A stretch of 34,272 nucleotides of DNA from an uncultured Clostridia bacterium (lineage in GTDB: Bacteria; Bacillota; Clostridia; Christensenellales; UBA1242): positions 1 through 34,272 of the forward strand of contig CALVTF010000002.1 in assembly GCA_944360025.1 (NCBI GenBank), in the 5' to 3' direction. Position 1 is the stretch's first letter. Every line of letters starts with the position of its first letter. Both the position numbers and the translations under genes were made by a program. The notes beneath the pieces were generated by a model. The model was not told the origin of the DNA and did not search any database. It saw only the letters and a list, made by a program, of their open reading frames with translations. This document shows, piece by piece, positions 1 through 15,000 of the stretch.

Positions 1-3000
1 TATTATAAATATTCTGAAAATTCTCAAACACCAAAAAACTATTCTTGGTCCGATGCGATTGACTCTAGAACAATTACAGGAGTAGAAGGTTTAACAGCAA
101 ACAGTAGTGTTTTATTGAATGATTTATTAGACGGTTCGTTGTCGTTTAACTACAATACTTCCGACGTTGACGCTGCAAACGAAAATATTCAAATTGTTTT
201 AACATTGAAAGAAGGTTTTGCTTTTGATAGTTACTATAAAGGTGAAAGTGATACTTTAGACTCTTTCCTCTATAAATACAGCGGATTTATAAATAATGAA
301 GAAGGTGATAGTAGAAACGAAGATTATACTGAAAAATTTGGTTTTTCTAGTTTAAATTTTGGTCAGGACTCTTCTGCGTCAGAACAAGGACAATATGTCT
401 CAAAAAATCAAATCACAATTAGCCTAGGACGTATTGTTGGTGAAGGAACGTTAAATTTGGGTGTCAGAAGAAATTCTTATACTGAGAACATTGTGGTTGA
501 CAATGAAATTTATTTTGCTCCAACTTTGTCACAAGTAATTTCTACTGCAACAAATATTCAGATATTAAATACCGAAAATAATTTTGTAACATTTTCTTCT
601 ATAAGTTCAGAGTGTTTTAATGTGCTTTCAGGAAAAGAAAATTTTTACATGGGTGTTAACTTATTTGACGAATATTTCATTTTCACGAGTGATGAATATG
701 AAATGGGAGTAATACCTGAGAATATAATAAATGACGTGGAAAGAAATAATGAAGACAACAAACTTTCAAGTGGTGAAATGATTATAAGAATTCAAGATTC
801 TTATGGTGTTTATCATTATTATTTAATTCAATTAGAAACAATAGATGGAATTCGTCATCAAACCATTTATAATATTTCTGGTAATTCTGGTATGCCTACA
901 TTTGATAGTGATAGTTATATTATCAATGATAGAGTTGTTGCTATGACGGAAGGAGTTGTCCCTTTTGAGACGGGTGATGTTAATAATTCTACTTCTGCAA
1001 CTCCAGAAGTCCCGAATGGCTCAAGCGGATACTATATTGATTATTACACAAATTCTAGCACAGGACTAATTTTTTCAACGGAAAATGATGAAGCAGAAAT
1101 TGTTCAATATCAAGGTGCACCAAAATATTTAAGATATGCTGATACAAACGAAAACGGAAACTATGATGACAATGAAGAGTTAAGAAAGATTTTTTACAAT
1201 TTGGCAAGACCAAATGATTATAACGGCACAACTTTAGAATCATATCTTGGTGACTCCAACACTATTGACTATCTTGAAATTGCTCAAGTTAAAACCACAA
1301 TAAGTTTTGACTTTAAATTTGTCACAAAAGATGGGAATCTCTTAACCGACATTTCAGATGCAGCTAATTTACCACAAATTGATATTGTTTATGGAAGTAA
1401 TGAAGAACAATTAGGGCAAAGTTCGAACACTAGAGGTGTTGATTTAAATATAAACACCTATACATATATCACTTTCACAGTTCGAAACACCGATTACTAT
1501 ATGTTTTCTCATAGAGATTTTGGAAATCTCCCAACTGTTGGGAAAGTTTTGGAGAATCAGTCAGTAGATAGTGGGAGTTATAATTTGCAGGGGTATGATG
1601 AGGCGACATTATTTGTCACTCCAATTTCAAACGGACAATATTCAGATAATATAATAAACCCAGACCCAGAAGAGGGGGAAGATACGGAAATACCATATGA
1701 ACCAGGTTCGGACGCAAACGCTTATTTTTCGTATGTAAATCATGAAGGCGAAAATTCTAGTGAGTGGTTTAAATATAATTATACATTTACTATGAATTTC
1801 CCAACTGCCAATCTTCTTCCTGTTGATTTTGATATTATGTTTGTTGTGGAAGAAATTGATTATAACATTTCAGTTTCTTCGGCATATCAAGTGACAAACA
1901 GTTCAGAAAGTTATTTTACTGACACAACAAATCCAACCACAATTTTGATTGAAAGAGAAGATGCTCAATCTATAAAAGCAGGGGATTCGTTCACAATTTC
2001 AACCAACACTCAAAGTGACAATGGCTATAGTTTCTATGGATTTAGAATTCAACGCACTGACAGTAATGGCGAAAATTATGAATCAACATTTGCAAGTTTT
2101 CCACCTGCAACACATAATCAAAGTGGTGAAGCGGTTGTGGAAATGAGTATGACAGAGTTTTTGTCATATTATAAAAATGGCTTCACAAAGAATGGAAGTT
2201 CAAATGTCGAATATGAATATAGTATTCAAGCACTTTATGTCAGCAAATATGTTTCCTATCAAGTGACCTTTGGAAGATTTTTAATTTCTGATTATAACGG
2301 CATGGGGACTGACAAGTTCTATATGACTTCAGGCTCTGGTATTGGAAGTGTGAGTGCGGGAGCAAACGGTAGTGTCTCTGCTCCGGCTTTATTTGGAAGA
2401 TTCTATTATCATAGTGACGGAAGTGAAGGTGTGGAAGACACATATACACAACTAGAAAATGGAAGTTTTAATTTTACGCTTTCTCAAACTAATTTCTACG
2501 CTTTTACAGGCTATGCAATTTTAACGCAAGATGATTATTCTAATTTGAATAACAGTTTAATAGACAAAAATGATTTTGATAATAGTAAGTTACAAGATAG
2601 TCTAAATGAAGTTGATAGCGAAACCTCTTTAACTGTAAATGGTAGTGACATTGTTGCATATTTAAGAGATAAAATCTCACAAGGTGGATATGAAGATACC
2701 ATATTCTATATCGTGCCTATAATAAGGCAAAAAACACTTGAAGTTAAAATAAATTCTGGTGTTAATGATGAAAATGTGGAAGTTTATTACAGAAACAATA
2801 TCATACCTGATTTAGAAACTACCGACCGTGTTATAACTTTGAAATTTTATTATGTTAATAGTTTAAGTTTAAATTTTTCAAACAATTATTTAATTGGTCA
2901 AAATGAAAGTTTAAACCAAGTCATTAACAACAATTATATTTTGATTATTTCCAATATGGAAGGTTTGACCTCGCGAAACTACATAACTTTAAATGACTTC

Positions 3001-6000
3001 TTTAACTTAAGAGTGGGTTATACCTCGCAGAGTTGGAGAGTTATTGCAAATTCATCGCAATCAACAGTATCATCCAATCACTCTTTAAGAAATTATTTTG
3101 TTGCAGAAAATTCTTCAGAAGGCGATTCTGATTATGCTATTACTGTTGAAAGGAATTGGACTCCTAATAATTTCTCAATATATTATTACAGTGGAGATTC
3201 CAGATATAATACCATTCTTGGAAACAACATTTATGGAAATGCAACAGGAACAACAGTTTCAGATAGTGCTACTTATGACGAACCAAAATCCTTGGCTTCA
3301 GACAGTAACGGATTCTCTCTTGCTGGATACAATTTTAGGGGATGGAGAGTCTTTGTAAGAACTGCAAGCGGGAATAATGGTGTAAACTATAGTCAATATA
3401 AAGACTATTTAATCAGTGAAACGAGTGGACTTGTAGAGAATGCCGATATGACGAATTATATTACAGGTACTAGCCAAATCTTAGACGAAACAAATTATGG
3501 CTTAAGTTTGGAAGTTTATGCACTTTGGACTCCAAAAGTTTACAACATTATTTTGGATGCGAATGGTGGTACATTTAACATAGATAATGAAGAGTCGGAT
3601 ACATTAACTTTACAACTTACTTATTATGAACCATTTAGTACGGCAACTTTGAATGGTGTAGTTTTAAGTGATTTAGGAATATTTAATGGCAACAATATTA
3701 CAAGATCTGGTTTTAGATTTGATGGTTTCTATGTTGCAGATATAGGTAATAATTCTTACAACTCTATTTCCGCAAGAGGAGAAAGTAATCATATAACATT
3801 AGATAGACGGCTACAATATGATATTCTATCATTTGTTGAAGCTGGTGAAAATAATGTTTGCTTAACTATATATGCTACTTGGGCGTATGACGAGGTGATA
3901 GCTTTAACCTTCCAGAATGCAGTGTCGCATGATTATACGGGAGATAAAATATCTGTATTTACTTATGAGTTTTCTACTTTTACAAGCACAAATCTTTTAG
4001 TGACAAATACAGAATCAACTTTTGAATTAATCTATGGAGTAGACGGTCAAAGTAGAGATTATGGTATAGGTGTCGATTTAAGTTTCTCTTCTGAAAATTC
4101 TTCGATTGCCATAAATATGCCAACAGAAGATGATGGAGTATGGTCTTTTGAAGTTGGAGAAAATGCAGGTCAATATGTTCTTATTTTGTCTGTCGTCTTA
4201 ACTGATGAATTGTCAGAAATTTATAATCTCGGAAATTTCTACAATTATTCAACTTATTTGACAATAGTTATAAACCAAGCAACAATTTCTTTTGAGCCAA
4301 GTACGGATAATTCTATTTGGTTACAAAATATAAAATATATGGTTTCACTTGTCGGTAGTTCTGAGGAAGTAGAATTATACAATGGTTTTGCAACCTTTGC
4401 TGATTTAGTTTCTTATTTGTCAAGCAGTGAAGGTTACAATTTTACTGATGAACAGGCGTATGAATACCTCTTTATGAAGTATTATATGATAATCAACACA
4501 AAAACGAGTGATATACACACCTTTAGAAATTGGACTTTTAATGACTATTTCTCATATTATGAAGGAAGATATTATTTTGGTGGTGATGAAAACATTGATT
4601 TAACGGGAGCCTCTTCTGTAAGACAAGAAAGAGCGCAACTGTTAGGTGAAAATTTATTCTTATTTAGTTATGTTCACGGGGCAAATTCGGGCAATGACTT
4701 AACAGACAATATTTTAGCAGGCGGTGAAAATGCAAGATACAGTGTAAACAGCATCCTTCTTAATTCTGACAGTGCTGGTGGAGTTATTGCAAGCGAAATC
4801 GCAATTACCTCAATAGCGATTTATTCTATTGGAAACACCATTCCTAATTATAGTTATGAGGTCCGTGCTTATATCCAAGAAACTGAGTCTGGGAAATTAA
4901 ATAATTATGTTGTAAACCAAGACTCATTAGGGAATTTCTATATTGTACTTGATGACGCTTATATGCTTGTTCAAGTTTTGAAACTTGAAAATAATTCCTT
5001 GGCGAGGTCAACTTATTATAATGGTGAAATCGCAACGGTATCTTGGGCGGGGAGCGAACAAGAGTCAAGACTTCTATACGACGGAACAACATTCTATCAA
5101 TTTAATTCAGAAAGTGATATTTATGTGAATCTAAATATAACAACGTCCAATATTGGTTCAGCGGACCACGACACAATATATAATTTCTATGACGAAACAA
5201 ATTATTTCAATATATCTAACTTACGTATTGTTTCTTTTACAGGTAATTCAGAATATGATTACATTAACTATATTTCATATTTCAACCTTATCTTAGATGA
5301 GAGTTTTGAGTTTACGATCTTTAATGTTGTGGATACAGCAAGAATCAATTTAACTCCAACATACTATACTGAGAGCGATGGAGTAATCAGAAATATTGAT
5401 TTTCCAGCAGACTTAACTGCAAATCTTGAAAATGGTCTTTTTAGTATTCTTGGATTCACTTATTCAATAGACAGTGCTTCAACGCAAACCTATTCAGTGG
5501 TTGATGAAAGTGGAAACTCTATTCCACTTCCTGATGGGCAATATTTTACCGACGATGATATTTTACTTTTCACAATGGAGGACAACAATTCATCTTCTCC
5601 TATATTCTATACTTCGGCTGCAGTTGTTTCTGTTAATATAAGAATAAATCAAGCAATATTCAATTCTTACATACGTTACTACAACATTTTAAATAGTTTG
5701 CCAAATGACTTGCCAGGCTCTTATTCAAGCACAACAGAATATATTCTTACTCTCAAAACAAAAAATGATGATGGAATCTTCCAAAATGAAATTGTTTATG
5801 AGGATGGTGCGATCACTGACTTAAGTTACTATGGCGTATTCTCAGATCTTGTAAGGGTTAGTTATGATATGAATCTTCCAAATGTTGAAGAAGAAAATTC
5901 TAATCTTTTACAACTTGGTCAATCAACAGAAAGTTCACTTTTAACTTTGACATATTCGAACCTTGTTGTCAGTGATTTGAGATATACACTCCCGGATGGT

Positions 6001-9000
6001 ACAGAACTTTCATATACAAATCTTTTTGACAGTGTTTCAAATGTTTTTGTGGGAGCAGATAGAAACAATCCACATAATCCTATAACATTACGGGCATATT
6101 GGCAGATTGATGAAATATCATTGATTACAAATCAAACAGAATTTAATTATGCAGTTGGAACAGTTAACAGTTTTTCAGCATACAATGTCGGAAGTATGGA
6201 GAATGAAGAAAGTGAATTCTTCAATTATGTTTATGAGATATATAAAGGCGAAACATTGATTGTTTCAAACTCAAATTTTTATTTACTTGCATTAAACTTT
6301 GAAAATGGCGGAACCAATTTAGATAATGGAACATATACTCTTCGTTTTACCGTTACAATCAAAGATAATTATACTTACATTTTGGATTTAGAGCAAAATA
6401 ATAACACGTCAGTTTCTGCTTCGCTTGATTTTGACATAAATTTCTTTAGAAATCGACTTACAAACATTGAATTTATTACCTCTAATTCGGAAATAACATA
6501 TGACGGACTTGACCATACCAATTCTTTCAGTATTAGGCTTTCTTATCAAATTTATGATACGAGTATTGGTGATTATAGTGTAGTTACTACAACACAAAGT
6601 TATCAATATGGGGAATCATCCGTTTTGTCAATTTCTATAACTAAAGATGGTGAAATTGTTTCGGCACTTAGTAATGCTGGTACATATTTAATCAAGGCAA
6701 CAATAAACGAAAACTATTTTGATTTTGATAAGTCAGTATTTAACACAGAATTTGAGTTTATTATTAATCGCTACAACATAGACCTTTCTACTTATGATTT
6801 AAATCGTACAAAGAATTTCAATGCTGTAGACACAGAGATTGCAAGCAGTTTTAGAATTGCTAATCAATCAGTTACTTTCAATTTATATAGAAATCAAGTG
6901 GATGGTTCTTATCCAGAAGATATTGGAGAATATGACCTCTATCTTACAAGTTTTACTTCTTTAAATAATAACAACTTCACAATATCTTATGGTAATATAG
7001 AATTATTTGACGGAACTCTTTATCTTGATAGTTGTCTCACAACGCCTGTTGGAACATTTACGATTACAAAAACAGGAGATTTAAGACTTTATTGGCAAGT
7101 CACTGATGATATTTCAAACACCATTGCTGTTGATTATGATATTAATGGCTATAGCGTTTCTATTTTGGATGGGAATGTACTTGTAATTTCTAATGGTGAA
7201 ACAGTTGAAAGTTTGGCGCTTGTTGTTTATGATATTGTTCAAGGACAAGTAATTTCAAGACAAAATATTTTATCAATAATAACTCCACTTCTAAATGATA
7301 TTGATATTATGCTTTCAAATTTTGGAAGTGAGGTCGATACCGCTTTTAACTCAGCAAATTATTCGTTTAATGTAAAAGTAGATGAAAATGATGAAATTTT
7401 AAATTACTTTAATAATGTCGTCTTTTCACAAGATTATACTCTTCAAATTCTTCCACAAACCTTGAATGTAGACAATTTTACATTCTCTAAAGAGTATGAT
7501 GGTAGTGATAAGATATATCTTGATTTAGACAATCAATTAATTGAAGATATAGATACTCATCAAGGTCTTTACATTGAAGGTACATATGCGGACGTACATG
7601 CTGGTGACAACATTATGTTGCAAGTTAGTTTAAATACGACAGAAACGGCATCAAATAATCTTCAAAACTATCAACTCTCTACAAATTCAACTTATGGTAC
7701 AATAGAAAAGAGGAAGGCAAACATTAACTTTTCTATATCATATTTACCTGGTAAAAATGAATTTAACTATGGTGATTTATTAAATAATAATCTTGTTGAT
7801 TTAATAGATTTTGAAGTTGTAGATGGTGAAGAAAACTTAAACGAACTTTTCTTAAACTCATATTACACTTTGAATTACTCTTTGGCTCCGCAAAGTGGCG
7901 GAAATATTCAAACAAATGCATTAGGTTTTATATATGCTGGAACATACATTTTGAATATTGACGGTGACTACCAAGATTTTGATTTGACAGAAAACGAAGT
8001 TATAGTTCAAGTTCTTCCATATAATTTCGAATTAGATATAGAGGAAGGATTTATAAATGTCACAGCAATTGACACAGTTTATTCTTTCTATCAACAAAGC
8101 CTTTATCTTGAAACTACCGGCGATACTTTCCAAGTGAACTTCTATACACCAAATTCAATTTGGAACACTGTTGCAACGCCTGGAGATTATAATCTTTCCT
8201 TAAATGAAGAAAATGATCTTTATGAAAATGTATACTATAATGGAAATATCAATCTTGTTATTAACCCAAGCAATTTAGGTTTTAAAGTTGGCTCTTATGA
8301 AGGGACTCTTTATCTTGAAATTGAAGACGAATCAATCTTAGAGCGTCCTTATAATGCGTTAAAATATACAATTACAGCGGACGAAAATACATTTATAATT
8401 ACTGTTGAAAATGAAGATGACTCTTATACAGTTGAAAGTGATTTCATTTTCCTTAGATATGATTCGGGAAGTGGACAACTTGTTCCTGTGAGCGACTTAA
8501 CTTTTGATAGTATTGAAATAACGTCACAAGGCACTAATGAGTTCACTTCAGTTGGAAGTTATAGACTTAATCTTTCGGCTACAGCCCAAGGATACACAAA
8601 TGTAGCATTTAGAGAAAATTATAATTTTGTTATTTCCCCTCGAGAAATTTCGGTAAGTGAAGGTATGTTTGATAAAGTTTACGATGGAACAACCTTTAAA
8701 GAAGTGACAATTACAGAAGGGGTACTTGAAGGAGATAATGTTATTGTTCGAGGTGTTTATAGTGATGCGAATGCCGGTACGAACAAGACTGTTAGATTGA
8801 CACTTGCAGGAGACTCCTCAAGAAATTATACGCTTACGACTGCTTCAACTTTAGGGACAATATCGAAGAAAGACGCCACAATTTCTTTAGTTCAAAATTC
8901 TTTCCAATATGGTGAAATTTCGGCAAATTCAAATTTAAGTTTTGAAGTTTCATATCAAGACGAGCAAGGTGAAAAAGTTTATGTTTCAAGCGGACTTTAC

Positions 9001-12000
9001 AGTATTACAAATCAAACGATAGACTTTGAAGGAAGCGGTTATCTTCCATATAGTGAAAATGCGTATACAGTAAATATAGTAGTGGAAAGTCAAAACTACA
9101 ATATAACACCTTCAAGTTTAACTTTCAACATAGAAAAAAGACGTCTTGACTTTACATTTAATTCACCAGGTGTTTACATGGCATCTTATGGTTCAACGGA
9201 AACTTTAAGTAACACATTTATAAGAAGTTATACCACAAGTTATGGTGATACGATTGAAATTGAGTTTGTGAGAAATAACGGAACAGCAATAGCGTATTAT
9301 CATATTACAGGTGCTTCTATTAGTGGAACTAGTGAGGCTTCAGATAATTACTATATAGGCACTGTAACTGACAATGTTGGAGCATATCGCATTGTATCAT
9401 CCGGAAACAGAATTTATCTTCTTGCAAGTGATGAGTCTGAGATAACAGATCTAAATGAAGGAATATCATTAGAATTCCAATATGATGGAAACATATATGA
9501 TAGAGTTTCATTAAATGTAAACTTAGAAGATAGTAATTATATTTTAAGAATTTATAATTCTGTCGATTTTGATATATATCAAGAATTCATTCTTAATCTA
9601 TATTCTTATAATGAGGGCTCTGACTCTTACACAAGACTTACTTCTGTTTTTGATGCAACAATAACTGCACAAAGTTTCTCTATAAGCGAGTTGATACAAA
9701 ATTCAGGCAGTTTCTATATTTACAACAGTGACGCGACAAGCAGTAATTTCACAGTTAAACTCGGCAAAAACAATTCGCTCTTTGCTTTCCAAGTTAATGT
9801 TCTAAAACGTCAGGTTTACTTTAAACAAAATGTGATTGAAAGACAGTTTGACAATCAAAATGCAATTGTTTACTATGAAAATGCGAATGATATTCTAACA
9901 AATATCATAAATGGCGAAAACTTCTCTTTAAATATAACTTTCTATGATGCACTTGGAAGTGTGGCAAAATACGTTGGTGACAACTATCGCTTGGATGGTG
10001 AAATTATTGGAAATAATAATTATCAACTTGTCTTTACATTATCTGATTTAGCAACTCCTGTGACGGGCAAGATAAATCCTGCTCCAATTCGAGTTATGAT
10101 TAACAATCAAACAGCAACTTATGGTGACGCAAACACATATAATGGCGCTGTTGTGATTGAATATCAATTTAATAGCGAGACAATTAATCTTGATGAATAT
10201 GAAAAATTAGATGAGATGCAAATGATTATTGAACTTATAACTTCAGACAATGGTTCGGTTTCATATTCTTCAACAAATTTCTTAAATGCAGGCACTTATT
10301 CAATGCAATATAGAGGTTTAACAACTGACGATTTCTATATTGATACAAATGGTTTCGTTTGCAACGGTATTAGTGGTTCAAACCTTGTTTCTACTTTTAC
10401 AGTAGTTCCAAAATCTTTAAATATTTTACAAACTGAAGAGAATTTGCAAACTATCTTTACAAAATATTATGATGGCACTCGAAATGCGAATATCTTTGAT
10501 GAAAATAATTTGTTAAGATTTGACTATAACGGAAAAGTGGAAGGGGATGACGTTGCGGTAGAAAAAGGCGAATATCTATCGCAAGACGTCGGCACAAACA
10601 TTGAGGTTACCTTTACTTTGACCGGTCAAGATGCTCAAAACTATGTTCTGACACCATACACTTCTGGTGTTATAAACGCGATTACAATTTCACTTAAATT
10701 CAATAAGGGTGGGGCGACGGAAGAAGAAAATAACAATATATATTCAAATGTGGACACCGCCGGACTTAAAACAATCGAAAAACTAAATTATCCTTTTGCA
10801 TATAGTGACAGTTTAACTTCTAACTCTCAAGACTCAGATACGACAAGGGCGGCAAACTTCCCTTCAACTTTGTCAGGAAGAGAAGGATACTACTTTAGCC
10901 ATTGGTCTTTAGATTTTGAAGTTATTGAGAACTCAAATGAATATAGTTACTTAAATGGACTTGGGAATGAATTTAATCTTTCAACAAGTTATGCAAATGG
11001 TAAATTCTCCTTTATTGTGGGGAATAACAGAAATACAATCAATCTTCTAAATAGACTCTTAAACGATGAAAGCAATAATTATTTTGGTCTATACTTCTTA
11101 GGTCAAGAAAACATTGAAATAACATTTAATGCAGTTTGGTCATCCGAAAGTTATGACGTGACCGTTTCGACATTAAAAGACGGCTTATTGACGACAGATT
11201 ATGCAAATGTTTTTGTAAATGATTTTGAAATGCCGACAGCAACATATTTTAGTGCTTTTGCATATGGTTCAACTCTTACTATTAGAATAGACTTAGATGA
11301 ACATATCAAAGTTGCAAGATTTTATAATCGATTGACGGGCGAAGATTATGTGGTTAGTGATAATATTTCAATTTCTACAACTTACGACGATGAAAGCAAC
11401 AAGAGTGAGACAACTTTTGTAGTGAATTCTTTAACAAACGATATGAATATTGCCATTGAATATACTTATAAAAATGTTTCAGTTACTTTAGATTTAACAA
11501 ACTCCATTGGAACAACTTTTGAAGATGATAGATTTAGAGAATATTCAGTTGGTAGGTATTTGTGGGAAACAACATACGATGAAATTGAAGATTTGATGGT
11601 TAGCACGCTTCCAACATTGACAAGTGTAGGGAATGTTCTTACCGGCTATACTTTCTCTTTGTCCAACTTAGGAACAGCAACGACAACTGTTAGCGTAGAT
11701 GCCTTCTCAAGTTCACCATTAGCAAACTTTGTATATGCAAGTGGAAATGACTATGAGATTGTATACACACCAAACTTTAGAGGTTATGACGTCAGCGTTG
11801 TATTGAACTTAAATTATGATGAAAACTATCAAAATGATGACTTGGACGACAAAGCAGAGATAGTCGTTCCATATCAAGCCAAGTTTAATACTTCACAAGA
11901 TTGGATTGAAACACCATTGCGAACAGGCTATAATTTTGTTGGATGGTATGTAAGTGCAGACAGCGAGACAGCCATAACAGGAGAAAGTGTTGTTGAAAGC

Positions 12001-15000
12001 ACGAGCGAAATAGTGCTTTATGCGAGATGGCAAATTCAACAAAACACCGTTTATCTTACATTTGAGGATATGATGTTAAATTCCGCTCAAATAGATGGTG
12101 AAAATGTAAATTATAATGTAAGTGGAACAAATTATGTTTTTGAAAACTTAACATATAATACGACACTTGTTTTGGAATTTACTTTAAATAGTGGCTTCAA
12201 TATAGGTAGCGTTCAATATCATTATCTTGATGGCGAAGATAATATAGTTTCAACATTTAGGACAGAAGGAAATATCGGAATTGTTGAATTTAACATTCCT
12301 GCACAACCTGAAGTTTATCTAGAAGTTTTAAGTGGACTTAATCAAAATGTCATAACAATTTTAGGTGATCATATCGTTCAAATAACTGCAAAAGATAATG
12401 AGGGAAGTGATATTGAAGTTAGCGAAAATAGTTTTATTGTGGAAACAAATACCAATGTAATAATAGAAGTTATGCTTGAAAAAGGTTATATCTTCACAGA
12501 CACGTCACTTACTTCAAACTTTAATGTAACTTACGACGAAGAAAGAAATGTTGTAACTATTGAATTGTATAATATTAACTCTTCACAAAATATAGAAATA
12601 AGAACAAGAGAAAGACTTAATAGAATAACAGTAATCTTCGAAAACCCTAGCCATAACCTTCAATTTGTTGTCAATAATATCATAACAACAGAAAATGTTT
12701 TTGAAGTTAATACGGGTGACTCTTTTGCCTTTTATACAAATATTCAACACGGTTATACTATTGACGAAATTTCTTCTACGGTTTTAGATACTAATGTAGA
12801 TATATCAAGAGTTAATGATTCATCAAGTTTATATGATAGATATTTCTATGTGGAAATAAGCAATATTTACAGTGATACAACATTCACTATTAAAACCGCA
12901 AAAGATTTCTTTACTGTCAATATTGAAATTGTAAGTTTTGATGAAAATGGACAGGAAGTTCCATTAACTAACAACGCGGCCTTTGTAAATGGCGAGACCT
13001 CTGTTACTTTAGAATTTGAGAGCGAGGTAACGCTTTCTGCATATGCTGTTGAAGATTATGGATTTGCTGGATTTAGTCTAAATAGAGACAACTTAAATTT
13101 ATTCTCAAGCGACAATCCGACTCTATATGTTATTGAAGATAACGTAACTATTTACGCAGTATTTTCAAAACTCAGATATGAACTCACTTTTGTAACTTAT
13201 AATTATTATCAACTTAATAGTGCTTCTGGAAGTGAAGAAGAAAGATATGAAATGCTTTACGAACAAATCTTCTATTCCGACGAGAGTAGGACGCAAAACG
13301 TTAATCAAGCAACACTTTACTATGGCTCATCATTGACTTTATATCTAACGATACCAAATGGATATAACTATTATGGCTTTGGCTTCTATGAAATTAACAA
13401 TGTGGATAGAAATTATATCGTTAGAGATGAAGTAACAGAGGATAGGAATGTTGAAATATACATTTCATACACTGAATTCGTTGACCAAAACAGTAGAAAT
13501 TTTGTTGTCTTTGTTTCGTTGAATCCAATTGAAGTGGGAATCAATGTTTCATCTATGCTAGATTACGATGGTATATATGAAGAAGATAAAATTGCCGGAA
13601 ATATCTCTTTAGTTAACGCAAATGGAGAAAGTGTAAATGAATATGGCTACGTTGCGGGAACCAATAATCACTACTCGTCCGATTCGTTTAATGGGCAACT
13701 TATTAACGTAAGAGATTTTACAGTGATTTCTTATACTAATAGTTCAATATATCTTAAGATTTATGCAGAAAGAGATGGCTACTACTTCACAAATGTGACG
13801 GCAAGTGCCAACATAACAGTAAACTCTTTAGGTAGATTTGATGATGGAGGACAGGCTTATTATTTATATCAATTTGCAGGATTTGTTGGTGGCAACAGTA
13901 TAGATATTCAAGTGTTCTTTAAAGCGGAAAAGAAAATTATTAGTTATAACTTTGTGAACGAAAATCTTGAAATTGTTTCAGGCGGGAATTTGTATTTTAA
14001 AACTGACAACTCTAATAGTTATAAAGTTTGGTCAGATGGAACAAATTTTGCTTCCATGAAAGTGACAAGTTTTATTGATACAAATTATACTGTCGTAGCA
14101 TATGTTCGTCTTGGTTTTATGATTGATGAGAGTGCTTCCTTTATAACTTATGATAATAGTGTGGTTACTCTTTCTGATATCACTTTCGAACAAGTATTAG
14201 CAGAAAATTCATATTACACTTACATTATCACTTTTAATGTTTCAGGTTATATGGATAACACACAAATAAGCATCAACCTTATTCCGCAAACATACACTGT
14301 TCTTCTTCGCGACACAACTTTAGATGAGGATGAACAGTCTGATATTTTGCTTGAAATTAGAAATGTTAAATTCCATGAATTATTAGATTTAAGTGAAACA
14401 AATAGTGAAAATTTAATTTTCAATGAAGAACTTTTCTCATTCAAGGGAGGCTATCTTGATATTGTCCAAGCAAAAGATGATTATAATTTTGGTGGTTACT
14501 TCACAAACGAAAATGGACAAGGGACACAGTATATCAATGCCTTGGGTCAGGCAACATTGAATTTCATGGAAACCGGATATATTCTAGATGAGGGCAATAA
14601 TAGATTTGTATTATCCGAAAATGCTCAAATAATTGATGGGCAAGTTGTAATTTCACTTTACTTATATTGGATTTATCTAAAAACACAACTCACTTTTGAA
14701 ATTATTCCAGATATAATTGTTAATGTGGACGCACTTGATATTGTTCAAGGAATTAACGAATACAATTCTTGGTTCAGTGAAAACTCTCCACTTTATCTTG
14801 AAGTCGCTTTTGATACAAATGTTACATTCACAGCACCGGAACTTTCTGGATATAGTTTCTATCGCTTTGTTATTAGGCAACGTGACGCAAATGGCAATTG
14901 GCTTACAGACGTTGTAAGTTTCCAAGACTCAGTTCCATGGTCAACAAACGAATTTGACAGAATTGTGGAAGTGCAAGTTCAGATTTACTATTTTGCTAAA

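Noticed and set aside
115-117. TTG at 115 as the start codon of the giant ORF, as implied by the ORF track
   Set aside because: The same frame is open from nt 1 (YYKYSENSQTPKNYSWSDAIDSRTITGVEGLTANSSVL precedes it). No SD is nearby. It is simply the first start-like codon after the window edge.
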